This document shows positions 1 through 19,689 of a DNA stretch of 64,000 nucleotides, one piece after another. The notes beneath the pieces are model-generated. The model had not been told where the DNA came from. It saw nothing but the letters and a program-made list of their open reading frames with translations, and did not search any database. Origin of the DNA: the human T2T-CHM13v2.0 reference genome, Homo sapiens. Position numbers and translations under genes: made by a program. The number at the start of each line of letters is the position of its first letter. Position 1 is the first letter of the stretch. The stretch lies in assembly GCF_009914755.1 (NCBI RefSeq), contig NC_060930.1, one strand, 5' to 3'.

Positions 1-5170
<5,170 letters not shown>

Positions 5171-5369
5171 AGATCCACCTCGTTATGAGTTTGAAAGAAG
5201 ATGCTCGATAGGGATTATTTATTCTAGAATTAGTTTTTTCAAGTCAAATTTATTTCTATAAGTAATTAAAGCCATTAATATAGTTCTTGACACATAGTAA
5301 TAGCTTAATAAGCAGTTAAACATATTTGGGATTTGGAAGGAACCATGCTTATCTCATTTAAGTTCCTTA

Positions 5370-5492
5370 TTTTATAAAGAAGTAAACTAAATCCTCGAAG
5401 GACCTAAAGTCTCTCAGGAGTGACTTGCTCAGTGTTACTAGTTGCTGGCAGCTCAGGAATTTGAACCCAAGTCTTCTGGTTTCAAGCCCTGT
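5370..5492 (+). mobile_element. MIR fragment
   Basis: gtgacttgctcagtgttac...ggaatttgaacccaagtcttctgg resembles the MIR core/3' end. Confidence 0.6.
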
Positions 5493-6330
5493 GTTGTGTG
5501 TGTGTATTTCTATTTGTCATATATGTCTTCAGGTTCTTTATTGCAATTTAAAGTGCTGTTGTACATTCTACATAATTTATAATGAATTATCCAGGCTTCC
5601 CTGTAAAAGAACTGTGTTCATATATAACCTCATCCCATACTATGCTAACTAGGGAATTAATAACTTTCATTGATTTGTGAGTTTCCAGTTAGCAACTTCT
5701 TCCTTCTGTAAACTTGTTTTCCTTGAGCAGTCTACTACTTTTGTTTAAATTGTATTTTGTTTATACCTAAGTCTCATTGAGGTTTACATTTTTGTAGTGT
5801 TCCAGAAACTATTACTAATTGTGTCAGTTGGAGCTAGGCTTACTTTTTTTCTGGGAGGAGAAAGGTAAAACCTAAAAATGTAATGAGTCAAGTGACTAAT
5901 AAGGCAGATGCCTTTGATATTTAAATAGATATCTCTCTTTTATGCTTAAGATATACCAGTAGAAAATTGTGTGTAAATTTCGTTTTTTCTAAAATACTCT
6001 GTCATTCACTGGACATTTCTATTTAATTCACTTAGTTTAGATTTATGTACCAGGTTGTCTCTCAAGTAATCAATGATCTATAAATATGTTTCTGTAGATG
6101 AGGAGTACTCTATTAAAGGAATGTTATATGAGTTATCTTTCAGTTTAATCAGATTTTAATTTGTCCTTTGGAAGTTTCTAAGTTTTATAGGTTTTCTCAA
6201 AGGTTTACATATCAAAGCATGGAACATGCAAAATAATCTTTTCTTTGCTGGGAAAAGAAGTTAAGCCTTTTTAAGATGATTGCTACTCTTTTCTGGTTAT
6301 AGTACTATTTATTACAACATGTTATATATA

Positions 6331-6775
6331 CAGGTGACACTAGAACAGTGCTGGAGTTGTGGCCCTTACCCCCACTGTGCCGTTGAAAATCCTCATATAA
6401 CTTTTGATTCCTCAGAAAGTTGACCACTAATAGCCTACTGTTGATTGGAAGCCTTACAAATAACATAAATAGTCAATACATATTTTGTATGTCACATGTA
6501 TTAGATATATTCTTAATTATATATTATATATAAGAATATATTCTTAAAGTAAGCTAGAGAAAATCAGAAAGAAGAGAAAATATATTTACTATTCATTAAG
6601 TGGAAGTAGATCATCATAAAGGTTTTTATCCTCATCGTCTTCATGTTGACTTGACTGAGGGGGAAGAAGAAGAGGAGGTGCTGGTCTTCCTGTCTCAGAG
6701 GTGGCAGAGGTGGAAGAAAATCCACATGTAAGTGGATCCACGCAGTTCAAACCCATGTCGTTCAAGGGTCAGCTG
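6331..6775 (-). mobile_element. Tigger2a (MER28)-like DNA transposon fossil
   Basis: TIRs caggtgacactagaac / gttcaagggtcagctg, TA on both flanks, 445 bp, Tigger2 terminal sequence gtggatccacgcagttcaaaccc. Confidence 0.85.
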
Positions 6776-6832
6776 TACTTATTATGTATTCAGTTCTGAA
6801 ACTTCTGATCATGTGTTAAGAAATCTGTAATG

Positions 6833-6990
6833 TAGGAATCAGCAAACTTTTTTCTGTGAAGAACCAGATAGTAAATATTTTAAGCTATAGACCTTAATGT
6901 GTCTTTCACAACTACTCTTTTCTTATAGCATAAAAGCAGTAAGTGAATGTGTTCCATGAAAACTTTATTTTTAAAAACAGATAGCCCAAT
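6833..6990 (+). mobile_element. MER58A-like (hAT-Charlie) fragment
   Basis: cagcaaactttttctgtgaagaaccagatagtaaatatttt...aaaactttatt matches MER58A. Confidence 0.7.
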
Positions 6991-7444
6991 TTATTGAGAC
7001 ACTTCCTTCCCCAGCTCCTTACAGTGAGAAACGGTTGCCGCGGAAGAAGCAGGGTCAGGTGGAGAGCCAGGCTCCAGCTCCTGATCCATCAGTCACTTAA
7101 CTGTCCAGAGCCTCCTTTTCTTTCTTTATTAAGTGATAAGATTTGCCTCGATGATCTCTAGAGCCTCTTTTGCCAATACATAGCTTTAAATTTAGAATTG
7201 CTTGTTTCGCCTATTGAACATAGGGACTGATTCCAAACATCATCTAACAGTATCCTTAAAGGTGGATTTCAGATAGCTACATAATTAGTTTTTATTCAGT
7301 GACTTTTCCTCACTATTATTTCAAACTGGTTTCTCGCCTACATTAGTTACTGCTCTCTTTAATCAGGTTTTTTTTTTTTCTGTTAAAACACAAAGTCTAA
7401 TTTAGGAGAAAATAGAACCATTTATTTCTAGTGCAGGCTGTTTC

Positions 7445-7446
<2 letters not shown>

Positions 7447-7480
<34 letters not shown>
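7447..7480. repeat. (TG)17 microsatellite
   Basis: Perfect dinucleotide run read directly. Confidence 0.97.
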
Positions 7481-7483
<3 letters not shown>

Positions 7484-8703
7484 ACACTTACTGGTTTCTT
7501 GCATATATGCCTTGGTGGAGTATTCTTAGTTTAAAATAGATTGTTTTCATTGGCATAGAGTCCCTAAAGTATGTATTGTGATATTTTTTAATGTAAAATA
7601 ATGTCTCTTGTGCAGATATTTGCCATTAGCTTCTTGACGTTTTTAAGAGAAAATCAATTCACAAAGTATATAAAAGTAGAATAAAAATTCCAGGAAGGAA
7701 AGTGGAGAAGCAGTGACGCTATAAGAGAAGACCACTGCTTTTGATAATACATACTTACCAGCATCAATACATTTATTTCAAGATACGGCAAGTATTTGGG
7801 TATTTAAGGAGATAATGTAGATGAATAATGATTTAAAAAAAATTAGTTGGGAAAGAAATGAAAACAACCATCAAACTTCCTCATTGAACAAACCTTTTAT
7901 GTTAATACAATTTAAAAAATACATTTGTATTTGATAAATATGTCAGCTAACCTATTAATATAAGCACAAGATAACAATTGCAAATCTGTTGAACTTGAAA
8001 TTTCAATATAACCATGTAAAAGTGACAACCACTTGTAAATCAAATAAATTATTCTTAGTAAATCATTAAATTAAATGGCTCATTGCCAGATGCTAGATTG
8101 ATAGGTTATGTTGTTTAACAATCTGACAGATACATTTACACACCCACCAAGCTCTCATTGTAATTTAAGCTAAATAAACCTTTCATATGATGCGTGAATG
8201 CATTTTAGAACAAGATATTTTCAATAAATAATACTTTTATAAAAATCATAGAAACATGGTATAGGTGAGTAAATGCAGCAGATGTCTCACAGAACATTTG
8301 TATAAGTAGTTTTGGAAGATTCTTTATATTTTCCTCAAATCTTTACATTTCTAGCTTAAAGCTAGATCTTGAAGATTAGTTTGATGATGATCTTTTGTTT
8401 ATAGATTTTTAAAGGAAATAATAGATTCAGTATCACTATATATTAGGTTTAGGAAGCATTTTAGTGTTGCTTCCCTGTTGCCCAAGTTTTATTATGGTAT
8501 AGAATGCTAGTTGCTGTTAACAACTCCTCATCTTTCTTTAGCTAGGAGGCATTAAAAAAGAAAAAATCTTTTTCCTCTGAAGCAGGAAAGATTACAGTGT
8601 AGTACCCCTCAGTAAAAATAAATAATCTGTCTTGTTTGGTAAATGTATAGGGTTTCTTATTCTTTAACCAAGAAATTGGTAAATGTATGTTTCCTCCAAG
8701 TGT

Positions 8704-8847
8704 ATTTTCTTTCTTTTCTTTTTCTTGAGATAGGGTCTTTCTGTGGGGCTCAGGCATGCGTAGAACTCCTGAGCTCAAAGGATCCTTCTGTCTCAGCCTT
8801 CTGCACCTGACTAGCTGGGACTGCAGGCATACACCAATGTGCCTGTC
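8704..8847 (-). mobile_element. Alu monomer (FLAM-like)
   Basis: T-rich tail followed by gagatagggtct...aactcctgagctcaaaggatccttctgtctcagcc...gctgggactgcaggc. Confidence 0.75.
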
Positions 8848-9110
8848 TCTCCTAGTAGGTTTTTGATAGTCTCTTTCTTCTGCTTCCCCATAATATTCAA
8901 ACCATATACATTTGTAAGAAGTCACAAAATCCATGTAAGCAAGAAGAAAAAATTAATGTTACCACTTAGAAAAAATGATCACTAATGCCTTGGCATTCAT
9001 CCTTCCTAATTGTTTCCCATGGAAATATATATATCCACATGGGATCATATTATACATATTATTTTGTAACCTACTTTGTCCCTTTGTCATTTGACAATAT
9101 TTTGACTGAC

Positions 9111-9380
9111 TTTTCTTTGTTTTTTTCTTTTTTAGATACAGGGTCTCACTATTTCATTCAGGCTGGAGGGCAGTGGTGTGATCATAGCTCACTGTAGCCT
9201 CAAACTGGGCCCAAGGGAATCCTCCTGTCTCAGTCTTCCAAGTAGCTAGGACTACAGGAGCATGCCATCATGTCTGGCTAATTTTTTAAAAAGTTTCTTA
9301 AAGTTGAGGTCTCATTGTGTTGACCAGGCCGGTCTTGAACTCCTGGCCTCAAGTCAGGCATAAGCCACTGCACCTGGCTC
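9111..9380 (-). mobile_element. AluJ with a small internal deletion
   Basis: AluJ-type gtgatcatagctcactgtagcctcaaac; both arms present. Confidence 0.85.
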
Positions 9381-9819
9381 CCCTTTTTTTATTGATACAT
9401 ATACTGTGCCTTTCTGTCTTTACTAACATTCCATCAAATGGATGTAGCATAATTTACCTTCCACTGAGCACAGTAAGACTCTACTTAAAGTTTATCTCTC
9501 TTTGGGATAATGAAAATCTGTATACATAATCTGTGTACAACTGTGTAATAACTTCTTACAATCAATTTTTAAAACTGGAGTTGCTGAGTCAAAGGATAAT
9601 AGGCTTTTAAAAGCCTTTTGAAAAATATTAACAAACTACTAAAAGATGCAGATAGAAGAACCTATACTTGATTACAAGACTTTAATTTGATTCTCAACTT
9701 TACTGTTTACTAGATGTCTAACTACTCTGTGCCTCAGTTTCTTCATATGTAAATCTTTTTGGACATTTCTGAGTACCTACTACATGCCAAGTGCTATTTT
9801 TGGCATTAGGGATAGAGTG

Positions 9820-9952
9820 GCCAGGAGGCTGTTTTGTTTCTTGTAGGATGTTCAGCAGCATCTTACCAGTCCTAACAGTAAAAAGTGTCTTCAGAGACAT
9901 TGTTAAATGCCCCCTGGGAAGCATAATCACTTCTCACTTGAGAATTGTTGAT
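9820..9952. mobile_element. MER20-like hAT fragment
   Basis: tgtaggatgttcagcagcatc...aaaaagtgtcttcagagacattgttaaatgccccctggg...ttgagaa. Confidence 0.65.
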
Positions 9953-10060
9953 TCAAAATCTAGATCCATGAAACTGGGTCTCGATAGAAGAATGAAAACC
10001 TGCCTGTTACGCGATCCTCGGGAGGGCACCGGTGAGATCAGTCAAGGCTTCCTTTGAATA

Positions 10061-10366
10061 TAGTTGTCCTTCAGTACCCGTGGGAGATTTGCTCCAGGAC
10101 CCCACCCCTGCTGACACACACACACACACACACATACCAAAATCTGTGGATATTCAAGTCCCTTATTTAAAATGACATGATTTGCATATAACTTATTGCA
10201 CATCCTCCCATATACTTTAAATCATCTCTAGATTACTTATATAGTAATACAGTACAATGCCTGCAGATCCCTTTATTGTTGTGGATTCAGTGTAGTACCC
10301 TGTCATGGCAAATTCAAGTTTTGCTTTTTGGAATTTGTGAAACTCATGGAAATGGAGGGCCAACTG
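10061..10366. mobile_element. MER2B-like Tigger fossil with an internal (CA)n
   Basis: tagttgtccttc ... gagggccaactg TIRs, TA flanks, MER2 body (cacatcctcccatatactttaaatcatctctagattact). Confidence 0.8.
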
Positions 10367-10370
10367 TATC

Positions 10371-10704
10371 CAGTAGTCCCTCTCATATCTGCAGAGAATA
10401 TGTCCCAAGATGTAGCCAGTGAAACCTTGGGTCGTACCAAATCTTGTATATACTATGATTTTGATCTGATAGGTGAGATGGCTACTGAGTGACTAACAGG
10501 TGGGTAGCGTATAAAGCGTGGATGTGCTGGACAAAGGGATGATTCACATCGCTGGGACAATATTTCATCATGTTACTCAGAACCGTGTGTAATTTAAAAC
10601 TTATGAATTGCTTATTTTTGGAATTTCCCATTTAATAGTTTGTGACTGTGATTGTAGGTAATTGAAGACACTGAAAGCAAAACGTTAGGTAAGGGGGACT
10701 GCTG
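10371..10704. mobile_element. MER44A-like (Tigger7) fossil
   Basis: cagtagtccc ... gggggactgctg TIRs, ~334 bp, body gctggacaaagggatgattcac. Confidence 0.8.
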
Positions 10705-13700
10705 TAGACACAAGATCTTTTTCTCAGGTTTTACTCGGATGCCAGAAGGAAATAATATAGTTGTGTATATGAAGAAAAGTTTTAATACCATTAGGTGGAA
10801 AGTAAAATACACGATCGAGTGAATCAGAAATTAGCGTTTTCTTAATTATAAGTTATCCAAAGTCAGATTTATCTTTCAAAATCACACATCTTTTTATCTA
10901 ATTCTTATTTGATTAGAATTATCTGCATTTTGGAGGAAGAAAACAGAACAGAATGTTAGGATAAAAATTTGATTAGACATGTAGTCTTGAGCCACAGAAA
11001 CCATTGGCCTGTAGCCGTACACTTTGTTATTCTTCATCTTCTGGAATATTACTTTTGTGGTACTTAACAATAGTTTTTCTAGAGTACTGCATTTATTTGA
11101 AAGTATTGCAGTGCCAGAAAAACTGGAGACAGGAAAGAAATATTTTAACTTCTTCAAAACTTAGTAGGGACCTGAATACAGGGAGAAATTATAAGCTAAA
11201 AAATTAAAAGATAATCAATTGCTTACAGAATAAATATTAATAAAGCCTAGCCCTTTCAGAGTCTGTCCATTACCTATGTTTTCACCTATCATTTCATTTC
11301 AGTTTATTCTTTTGAAACCTATGAAGTTTCAGGGAACCGGAATAGAGACTGTCTTCTGAACATGGCATTCTTATTCTTGTCTCAGTAGCTCTGATTTAAT
11401 TCTATACTCGTGCCCCCAGTGTGTCTCTCCTTTCTACATAACAAGGTCTACATCTCCTTCTAAATCTTTATCACTGTGATAATTATGTTCAGCCTCATTT
11501 CTTTTTTTTTAGCAGTTTTCCCTTATTATAAAAACTGTGGAAAATAGAGGAAAAAATAAAAAGGAAAATCACCTTACATCTTACTGCCTGGAGTCTCACC
11601 ACTTTTAACATTTTAGTTGTTTCTAGTTCTCTTTTGGGAATGTAGATGGTATGGTTTCGTATTTTTTATTTTTTCTCTCACCCCCAATTTAATGTTGTAT
11701 TATAAGCATTTATTTTACCTTTAATGGTAATGTGTTGTACTGGCCTATGATAGTGTAGGAGGTGGGGGTATGTCACAGGCTTCTGGAGAGTACCCAGCAA
11801 GGGTTTGCTTCTCCAACTGAGTAAAGATTACCTACCAGTTAATAAATGGGAATAAGGATATTTTATCTTCCCATTTATTATTCCATCCTTACAAGTGAGA
11901 ACAGCAATGAATTGAAAATAAAATAGGCTTAAGTTATACAAATATATTTGCATAATATATTTTGTTTAAATGAATAAATATAATTCTGTTAGATGCTTCT
12001 CTTCACCAACCACTTACATACTGTGTAATAAACTACCGAGAGTAATTAAGGGTTTAATATTATGTTTTCATAATTATTCAAAATTTTTAAATATTAAAAT
12101 TTGATAAATCATTTTTTACCTTCTCTTCCCCTACTCCCTCCCTCTCACCCATCCCCACCACAATAAAACTAGTGCAGAAGGACGTATATATTGAGCCTTA
12201 AACTTGTAGTGTTCTAGATGTGTTAATATATGCTTCCTTTGGTAATATTTGTCTTTTAACATTTTTAAAAAAAATATTTTAAATGCACAAAATCTCCCAG
12301 AAAATTTTTAAAATCTGTTAAATAAACAATACACATAAAATGGTTAAGATGGTAGGTTTTATGCTATGTTGCACAATAAAAAATTAATAAATACAGTTTT
12401 AAAAAGATACATTGCAGACATATACAATTTTATCTTTATAATCCAATTTTAATGAGTTGAAAATCATTTTTTCTGTTTAATCCTTAATTCATCTGGTAGC
12501 ATTTAACTGAAGGAAATAAAATTTAACCTGAAAGTAAAAAATGTGCAGCGATGAAAGGAGATGTCTCTCCACTAACATGGGAGGCATCCATGTTCTATTT
12601 TTAAAAATGATTGCACCTATTTATAGTAAAGCATCTTCTGGCCTTGGGAGTTTCTAGTCTCCCTGGTTTGCTGCCTGCCAAAAGATGGCTGTTCTGTCTT
12701 TTACAGTTGCCTCTTTCCTAGGTTTATGGCCTCCTACTATCAGCCTGGACCCATTACTGACCCATCATTTGACATTCTTCGTTGTGGATCTGAAGAAATA
12801 GAGACTCTCTCTTTTGATAGCAATGATAATTGAGATATTGCATCAAAAGTATCAACAATGGCTTTTATGTATGGATTTTGAAAATCAGTCTTATCACTTC
12901 ATAGTTACCTGATAGGAACATCTGTAGACTCTGATGAGAACATTGATAGCAGTGGATATAATAATCTTACAGAGACTACTATGCAGCCCTGGTTTTTTTC
13001 CCTGTGCCAATGCTCTCAAGACCTTTCATCATTTGAAACTTTCCCTTTTAGATTTATAGACTGCATAGCTTTGATCAGATGTCATTAGAGCCTTCAGCTC
13101 TGTGCTGTGTTTTACATCCTATTGTTTCCTTTCGTCTGAATTTAGTCTCCTGAGTATACCATCTGATTTCGTCCTGCCTACCCACACTTAGCCCTCCTCT
13201 TTTTACTGTATAAAGCAGGCCTTAGGACTAAGGAGGCATTGCTCTTCTAGCCACTCTGACATTCAGTGTGACTTGAAGAGTGAGGCTGAAAAAAGCAATC
13301 TTAAGAAGGATTTGGTCTGACAGTTTGTTCTTGAGATTGGTGGTAGATTAAATGTTACCACCGTTTTACATTTGTCTCATTTTATAGTGAACTATCAGTC
13401 ACACTTACCATCTTATCAACACACTGTGTTGTTAGCTTCTGTACATTGCTAAATGTTTACCTATCATCTAGGGATAGTTCAGCTCATAAAGGGTCAAATG
13501 AATAGGCAAAGGATGGACAGATATGGAACTAGCTGTGTTTTTCCTACTCAGAGGTTAGACTGGAGCCCAGCTTTTAATGACAAAGATAATCTTAGCATTT
13601 TATAAAATTTATCTGCTGTAGGTTTGTTCCTGACCTTGGCATTGCTCACACTAATTGCTCGTAAGTGGTACTATGCTGATTAAATAAATATGTTCCTTTT

Positions 13701-14499
13701 TAGTGTCTTATCTGGGTACAGTAATTTACTGTCCCAAGGATTTTTTGTAATGCTAACCAAAATGTTAAGGTAGAATACCTACCCAGAGGACCAAAACTAT
13801 AGGTTAACATTAAAGTCTAATTTATTTGAATGTAGTTGTATAAAATACAATACATAAAATTGAACAGTAAATTACCTTTTTAGTGCTTTATGATGGGCAG
13901 TCCAATTGTGTAAGTTACCTTGGCAGTCCTGATGGTTGGCCCATAACAATTGCATAAAATATTTGTGGAATATGATACTCTTAGTAAAGGACTATGTATG
14001 TAAGATGTGTGAGAAGCATAATTATGCAAAAAACATTTTTAAGGTCCTCTTTAGAAAGAATACTTTTTTTGGCGGGGGGAGTGGGGCAGATTGCCGAGCA
14101 GGTGACCTATAGCTAGAAAGGAGAGAAACCTTCCATGTGGCATCTAAAAACTTTTAATTCTGTTTCATGCCCCACCCCACTGTTGATAGTGGAATGTAGG
14201 GATTTTAAAGACAGGATGGTTCCCTTGAGATGAAATAAGCTCAAAAGGCAGTTAGACTGAAACAGGATGATTGCTGTCAATCCCCATACACTCAAGGTGT
14301 TTTTTTTTAAGTTTACATAGACATATGTTTATATTTGCATATATGTATTTGTGTATGTTTGTGTATTATTTAAGGAAATGCATTGAAAGGTTTCTGGGAG
14401 GAAATCTTGGGATTGAATGTAGCAACTCTTAGGATGCCTGCAGTGTGTAAGGCAGGCTAAAGGGTTGGAAGGAATATAAAAATGATGAAAACAGCTTAC

Positions 14500-15225
14500 C
14501 CTCAAGAATCTTAAAATTCAGAAAGAACTAGTGATTAAAAGGGGATGATATGATAAATAACTCTAGCAAAAGGCAGATATGATACAATAGGAGACAGAGT
14601 GTGGAGGTTTGGAGAATTGAGAGATATCATGTTGAGATTATTAGGAAAGTCTTCATGGAAGTTGTTTATATTTGACATGAGCTTTGAAACATTGTTAGGA
14701 GGAGAGAGCAACAGGCAGAGAGAAGAAGAACATTAAAAGAATGGAAATTGTAAGGCATATTTTGGCAATTATCCAATTTAACTGAAGTATAGGACAATAA
14801 TGGAGTACAAACCAATAAAGATAATATTGAGAGAGCCTTAAATTTCGTGATAAATAGTGGATTGTTTCTGATTTTGAGTGGGGAAGTATACTTCATTTTA
14901 GTAAGATGAAATCCTGGCTGTAGTATGTAGGATGGATTGAAGGCAGGTGAGGTTAGAAAAAGAGAAACTAGCTAAGAAGCTATGGGAGAGAGATAATTGG
15001 AGCTTGATGTACAGTCCTATTTATAAAGGTAGATTAGCCTAACCTGCTTCTCAAAGAATGATTGAAATACTTTTTTACTTTGCTTTTGAACAAACAGCCT
15101 TACCAAACTCCAAGGCCTGCTTTATCAGATTCATTTATTTATTCACTGAGTGAGTTTTTATTGAGCAGTCACTGTATGTCCAGCACTGGGGATATAGTAG
15201 AAACAAAACAAAATGTCCTGCTGTC
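14500..15225 (-). mobile_element. Degenerate L2 fragments
   Basis: attcatttatttattcac...tttattgagcagtcactgtatgtccagcactgggg (L2 3' end) and an upstream purine-rich L2-like body; boundaries approximate. Confidence 0.5.
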
Positions 15226-16690
15226 ACATATAATCATTTCAAACATATATGGTGCTTTATCAATAAAAGGTATTAGTGTGATTGTTAGTAGTTGTCACTA
15301 CCACTGCTTTATGTTAACCAAAAGCCTAAAATATTATTTTGCCAACTCTGTATTTTATCTCCTAGAAGATTTTTTAAAACTAATGATTAGGCGTTAAACT
15401 TTATAGCATTTAAAGATTTAAAGATTTAGTAATTTGTTTTTAATGACAGCATTTATAACAATTATAAAAGGGATAATATATAAAATGAACACAAAAGAAG
15501 CAAATGTCTATTTCGGATATATTTGTGATTTATGGACATTGCATTGCATCTAACAAGTCCCCCCAGTTCCATCTCTTCCCACTTCCAATCGGTAGATTTT
15601 AGTGACAGGACCCCTTTCCCAGAAGCAGTAGCTCTCCAACTATATTAGAAAACTGTATTAGAATATATATATATATATATATTTTTTTTTTGCCATATTC
15701 TCTGCTTCTTAACTACTAACCCTGCTCAAGCCGCACATTATTATTCTACTGAATAGATATTAGTTCATTGTCCCTATGTTTTCTCACCACACCTTAGGAC
15801 CTTTAGTGCTTTAGTATTGTAGACTTTAAATTTCTGGAACTGATTGCTAGAAGGAAAAGCAATCCTTTTTTCATAGTTGATTTAAAAACATCTAAGGAAA
15901 GATCAATTTGAGGTTCTTTGATTCTTCTGATCTTTGGAAAGTTCAAAAGTGGTTTGTATAATCATAGTTCCTTGCAGTGATACAAAATAGAGTCTTCTTT
16001 TCTGCAAGCTCTTATCCATTGCTTTCAGAAAACTGGGACTTTTTCTCTTCAAACACAGCTGTGGACTAAGGTCTTCCCCTTCATTAAAAAGTCCCTTTTA
16101 AATGACAACCAAATAGTCCAGGACTTATTGAGAGTGTTCTTTGCTTTAAAAAGTTTGTTTTTATTGTTATCCCCTTTGTGATTGTACTTCTGAGTTCTCA
16201 AAGATGTTCACAGAGTTTTCTTTGGCCCCATCTCTTTGTTGATTTTAAAGAGGGGTCAAAAAATGAATTTGGTATTTATTTTGTACAACCAGGCTGTTTT
16301 GAGTTCCCTGAAAACCAGGTAGAAGCCAATCAAAATCTGTAAGGGGCTAAAGGGTTACCCTTCAAACCCATTTCCAAAGACTAAGGATTGAGAATTTTAG
16401 AAATTGAGAATTGTCTTTGAAACAAAAGCAAATCAAAAGCAGATTTTGGATTTGAAATTAGAACTCTTGTTTCATTAGATGAAAAAGTGTATCTCCAGAC
16501 TAAAATAGCCAACAATGACCTTGTTAGATTTGTGATTTGCTGCTCAAGAACCGTCAGCATCAGGCATTTCTTTCCATTCCCATTTCTCCATTATTTTCAC
16601 TTTCTCCTCTTTCTAAATTCTACTTTTGAATATTCAAGTAATTTTAGAGTTTCTGGAGTGTATCAAATCTTCTTTATAATGAAAACCTAA

Positions 16691-16959
<269 letters not shown>

Positions 16960-17387
16960 GCCTATTTCTGGGGTTTTCATATTATGCTATTTTGCCACAT
17001 ACAAATGTATTTGCAAGCAAAATAGAATAAAGAAGGTTATAACGGGGAATTCTTTTAGGAATTGGTATCCAGGAGGTACTTTTGGCCTTGAGGCAGGATG
17101 TTGAAGTGGAGAGGTTTCTTTATCAAACCTGCTTCCCGTAGTCATCTCTCTCTTCTTTCCTGGCTTTCTATCCCTCTTTTCCTTCAGATGAGATAGTGGA
17201 GCTGGGCTGGGGGATGCTAAATTTGTGGTAATGGAAGACTGTCCCTGTAGAGTGTTGGCATTCCTCAAACTGGATTGGAATATGTATTCACTGCTAAAGT
17301 ATGGTCACAGCAGCCTTTTTATTTCCAGTTTACAGGAGAACTGTGCTAGTAACGTTTCCCCAATTTAAAATTTTTCTACGATGTTAC

Positions 17388-17755
17388 TTTTAAAATATCA
17401 ACTTTATTGATATTTTAATTCATATATCATGTCATCCATGTCACTCATTAAAATGTATAGTTAGTGGCTTCTCTTATATCAGCAGTTGCGTAGCCATCAC
17501 CGCTGTCAGTTTTAGAACACTTTCATCACCCCCAAAAGAAACCCTACAGCTATTAGTGGTCACTCCCTGTTTCTCCTTTCCACAGCTCCTGGCAACCACT
17601 AATCTTTCTGTCTCTGTAGATTTACCTATTCTAGACATTTTATATAAACATTATTCAAGATATGGTCTTTCGTAGTGGTTTCTTTCACTTAGCATAGTCT
17701 TTTCAAGGCTTATCCATGTTTGTAGCATGTAAAAGTACTGCATTCTTTTCTTGCA
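17388..17755 (-). mobile_element. L1MB-type 3' end fragment
   Basis: ctttattga...ttttagaacactttcatcacccccaaaagaaaccc...ggcaaccactaatct. Confidence 0.75.
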
Positions 17756-18970
17756 ATTTTTTTTTTGCTATTTTTGCACTTATAGAGCAAAGAAATGGTC
17801 ATTCTCTCATCAACAAAAAGATGAGCTGCCAGTGTTTTAAAAAATACCATGTTTTAATGATGTAAGGGTGAAAAAAAAAAAGGAACCAGAGTAACTATAT
17901 GTTAGAACTTAATACAGGTATTTTAAATCTAGAATAAATATTTACAAGATGGATAAGTTCTATGTTCATTCATGATAGTTTCATTCAAAGGATGTTTCCT
18001 GTTTCAGGTCTTCATACCATCAAAACCTGAAACGTGGAATTAAAATTTGAGTTTGCTGTGTTTCCATTTTTATTGAAAATTTTAATGGAGCGTTTCAGTC
18101 TCCCTTTATTCTTCTCCAAAGCATAAAATGACTTGAAAATATACAGGAAAATTAAGAAGGTTGTTTAGACCCAGATGGTAAATAGTGAGCACTATTTATC
18201 GTAATATAATGAGAGTCAAATTGAATGCTAAAAGGATACAGTTTTTAATTATAATAGAATATGTTGAAGTCGCATAAGAACAGTGTTATTTCCAAGATTT
18301 CGAAATAGGTTGCCCACATATATTGTTACTTAAACTAAATTCTGCTAAGAAGAAGAGTACATTCTTCTGAATTACAGTAATATGCTTCTACTTCAGATCA
18401 TTTTGGAAAAACCTGTCTTAGCCTGTGGTTTCAAACATTGGACTGGACTTGAAATCCCCTATTACTATGTGAGATTCTATTTCCTGCCCATAAGGCTCTA
18501 TAGGATAGTGGCTTCAGTCCCACTGTCTGCTTGCCTTTCTCTTTGATTTCTGCTCCAGGAAGATACTTACCTCGGTTCTGAGCCTGACTAATCTTATGGA
18601 TTTTTTCTTTTAATATTTTCTCATGTGTTTGGAGCTATAGGGATGTGATTAAAGATAAGGTTCTGGAGCCATATATTGATGACAGAATGTTATAAGCAAA
18701 AATATAAAAAATGATTTCAAATTCTTCTTGTATTTATACCTTTAAGGAATATCTTCTTTTGATTAAATATATAAGCATTATATGTATTGGATGTATCAGT
18801 AGAGATATTGTTTATAGATTTTCATGTCATTTTTCTATAGGTAATAGTCATAATTGATGTTATGAGCTTTTTAATTAAAAAAGAAAAGGAAACTCTTTAA
18901 TTTGATTGTGATAACTATGGTATGCCTTGATACAGAGACTAGAGAAATATTATGAAAACTTTATTATTTA

Positions 18971-19261
18971 GGCCGGGTGCAATGGCTCACGCCTGTAGTC
19001 CCAGCACTTTGGGAGGCCGAGGCGGGCGGATCATGAGGTCAGGAGATCGAGACCATCCTGGCTAATGAAACCCCGTCTCTACTAAAAATACAAAAAATTA
19101 GCTGGGTGTGGTAGCAGGTGCCTGTAATCCCAGCTACTCAGGAGGCTGAAGCAGGGGAATTGCTGGAACCCAGGAGGCTGAGGTTGTAGTGAACCGAGAT
19201 CGTGCCACTGCACTCCAGCCTGGGCTAAGAGTGAGACTCCATCTCGGAAAAAAAAAAAAAA
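18971..19261 (+). mobile_element. AluSc-like full-length Alu with a 17-bp TSD
   Basis: ggccgggtgc start; ggatcatgaggtcaggagatcgagaccatcctgg; TSD gaaaactttattattta (18954-18970) / gaaaactttattgttca (19262-19278). Confidence 0.95.
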
Positions 19262-19689
19262 GAAAACTTTATTGTTCAAGATAATTTGATCAAGTGAGAG
19301 AGAACTTCCATCTAAGACAGTCTAGCAGATTTTTTTGGTTATTTTTTCCCATTTAATTTTGCAGAGTGTGTTGATTTGCTTTTTTATAATAAGCATTATT
19401 TAGAAGTTTGCTTTTCGACTCTTATTTTTAAGTAGGCCAAACTATCATACGTAAATAAACTAATTAATACAAACAGTAACAGTGGTTCAAGGGAATAATC
19501 AATAGCTGCTGGATTTAGACCTTGTAAAGTCTAAAGTTTGATTTCTGTATCCTTTTCCTTAGTAGATATCACTCTAGGTAGCACTTGAAGTTCCTGTTAG
19601 GATTTCCCCCCCTCCCTGCCCCATTTTCTCAAGATGTCCTGTTTTTAAAGAGAAAAATTAAGAGGATTATTAAAAACTTTGAATCACTA

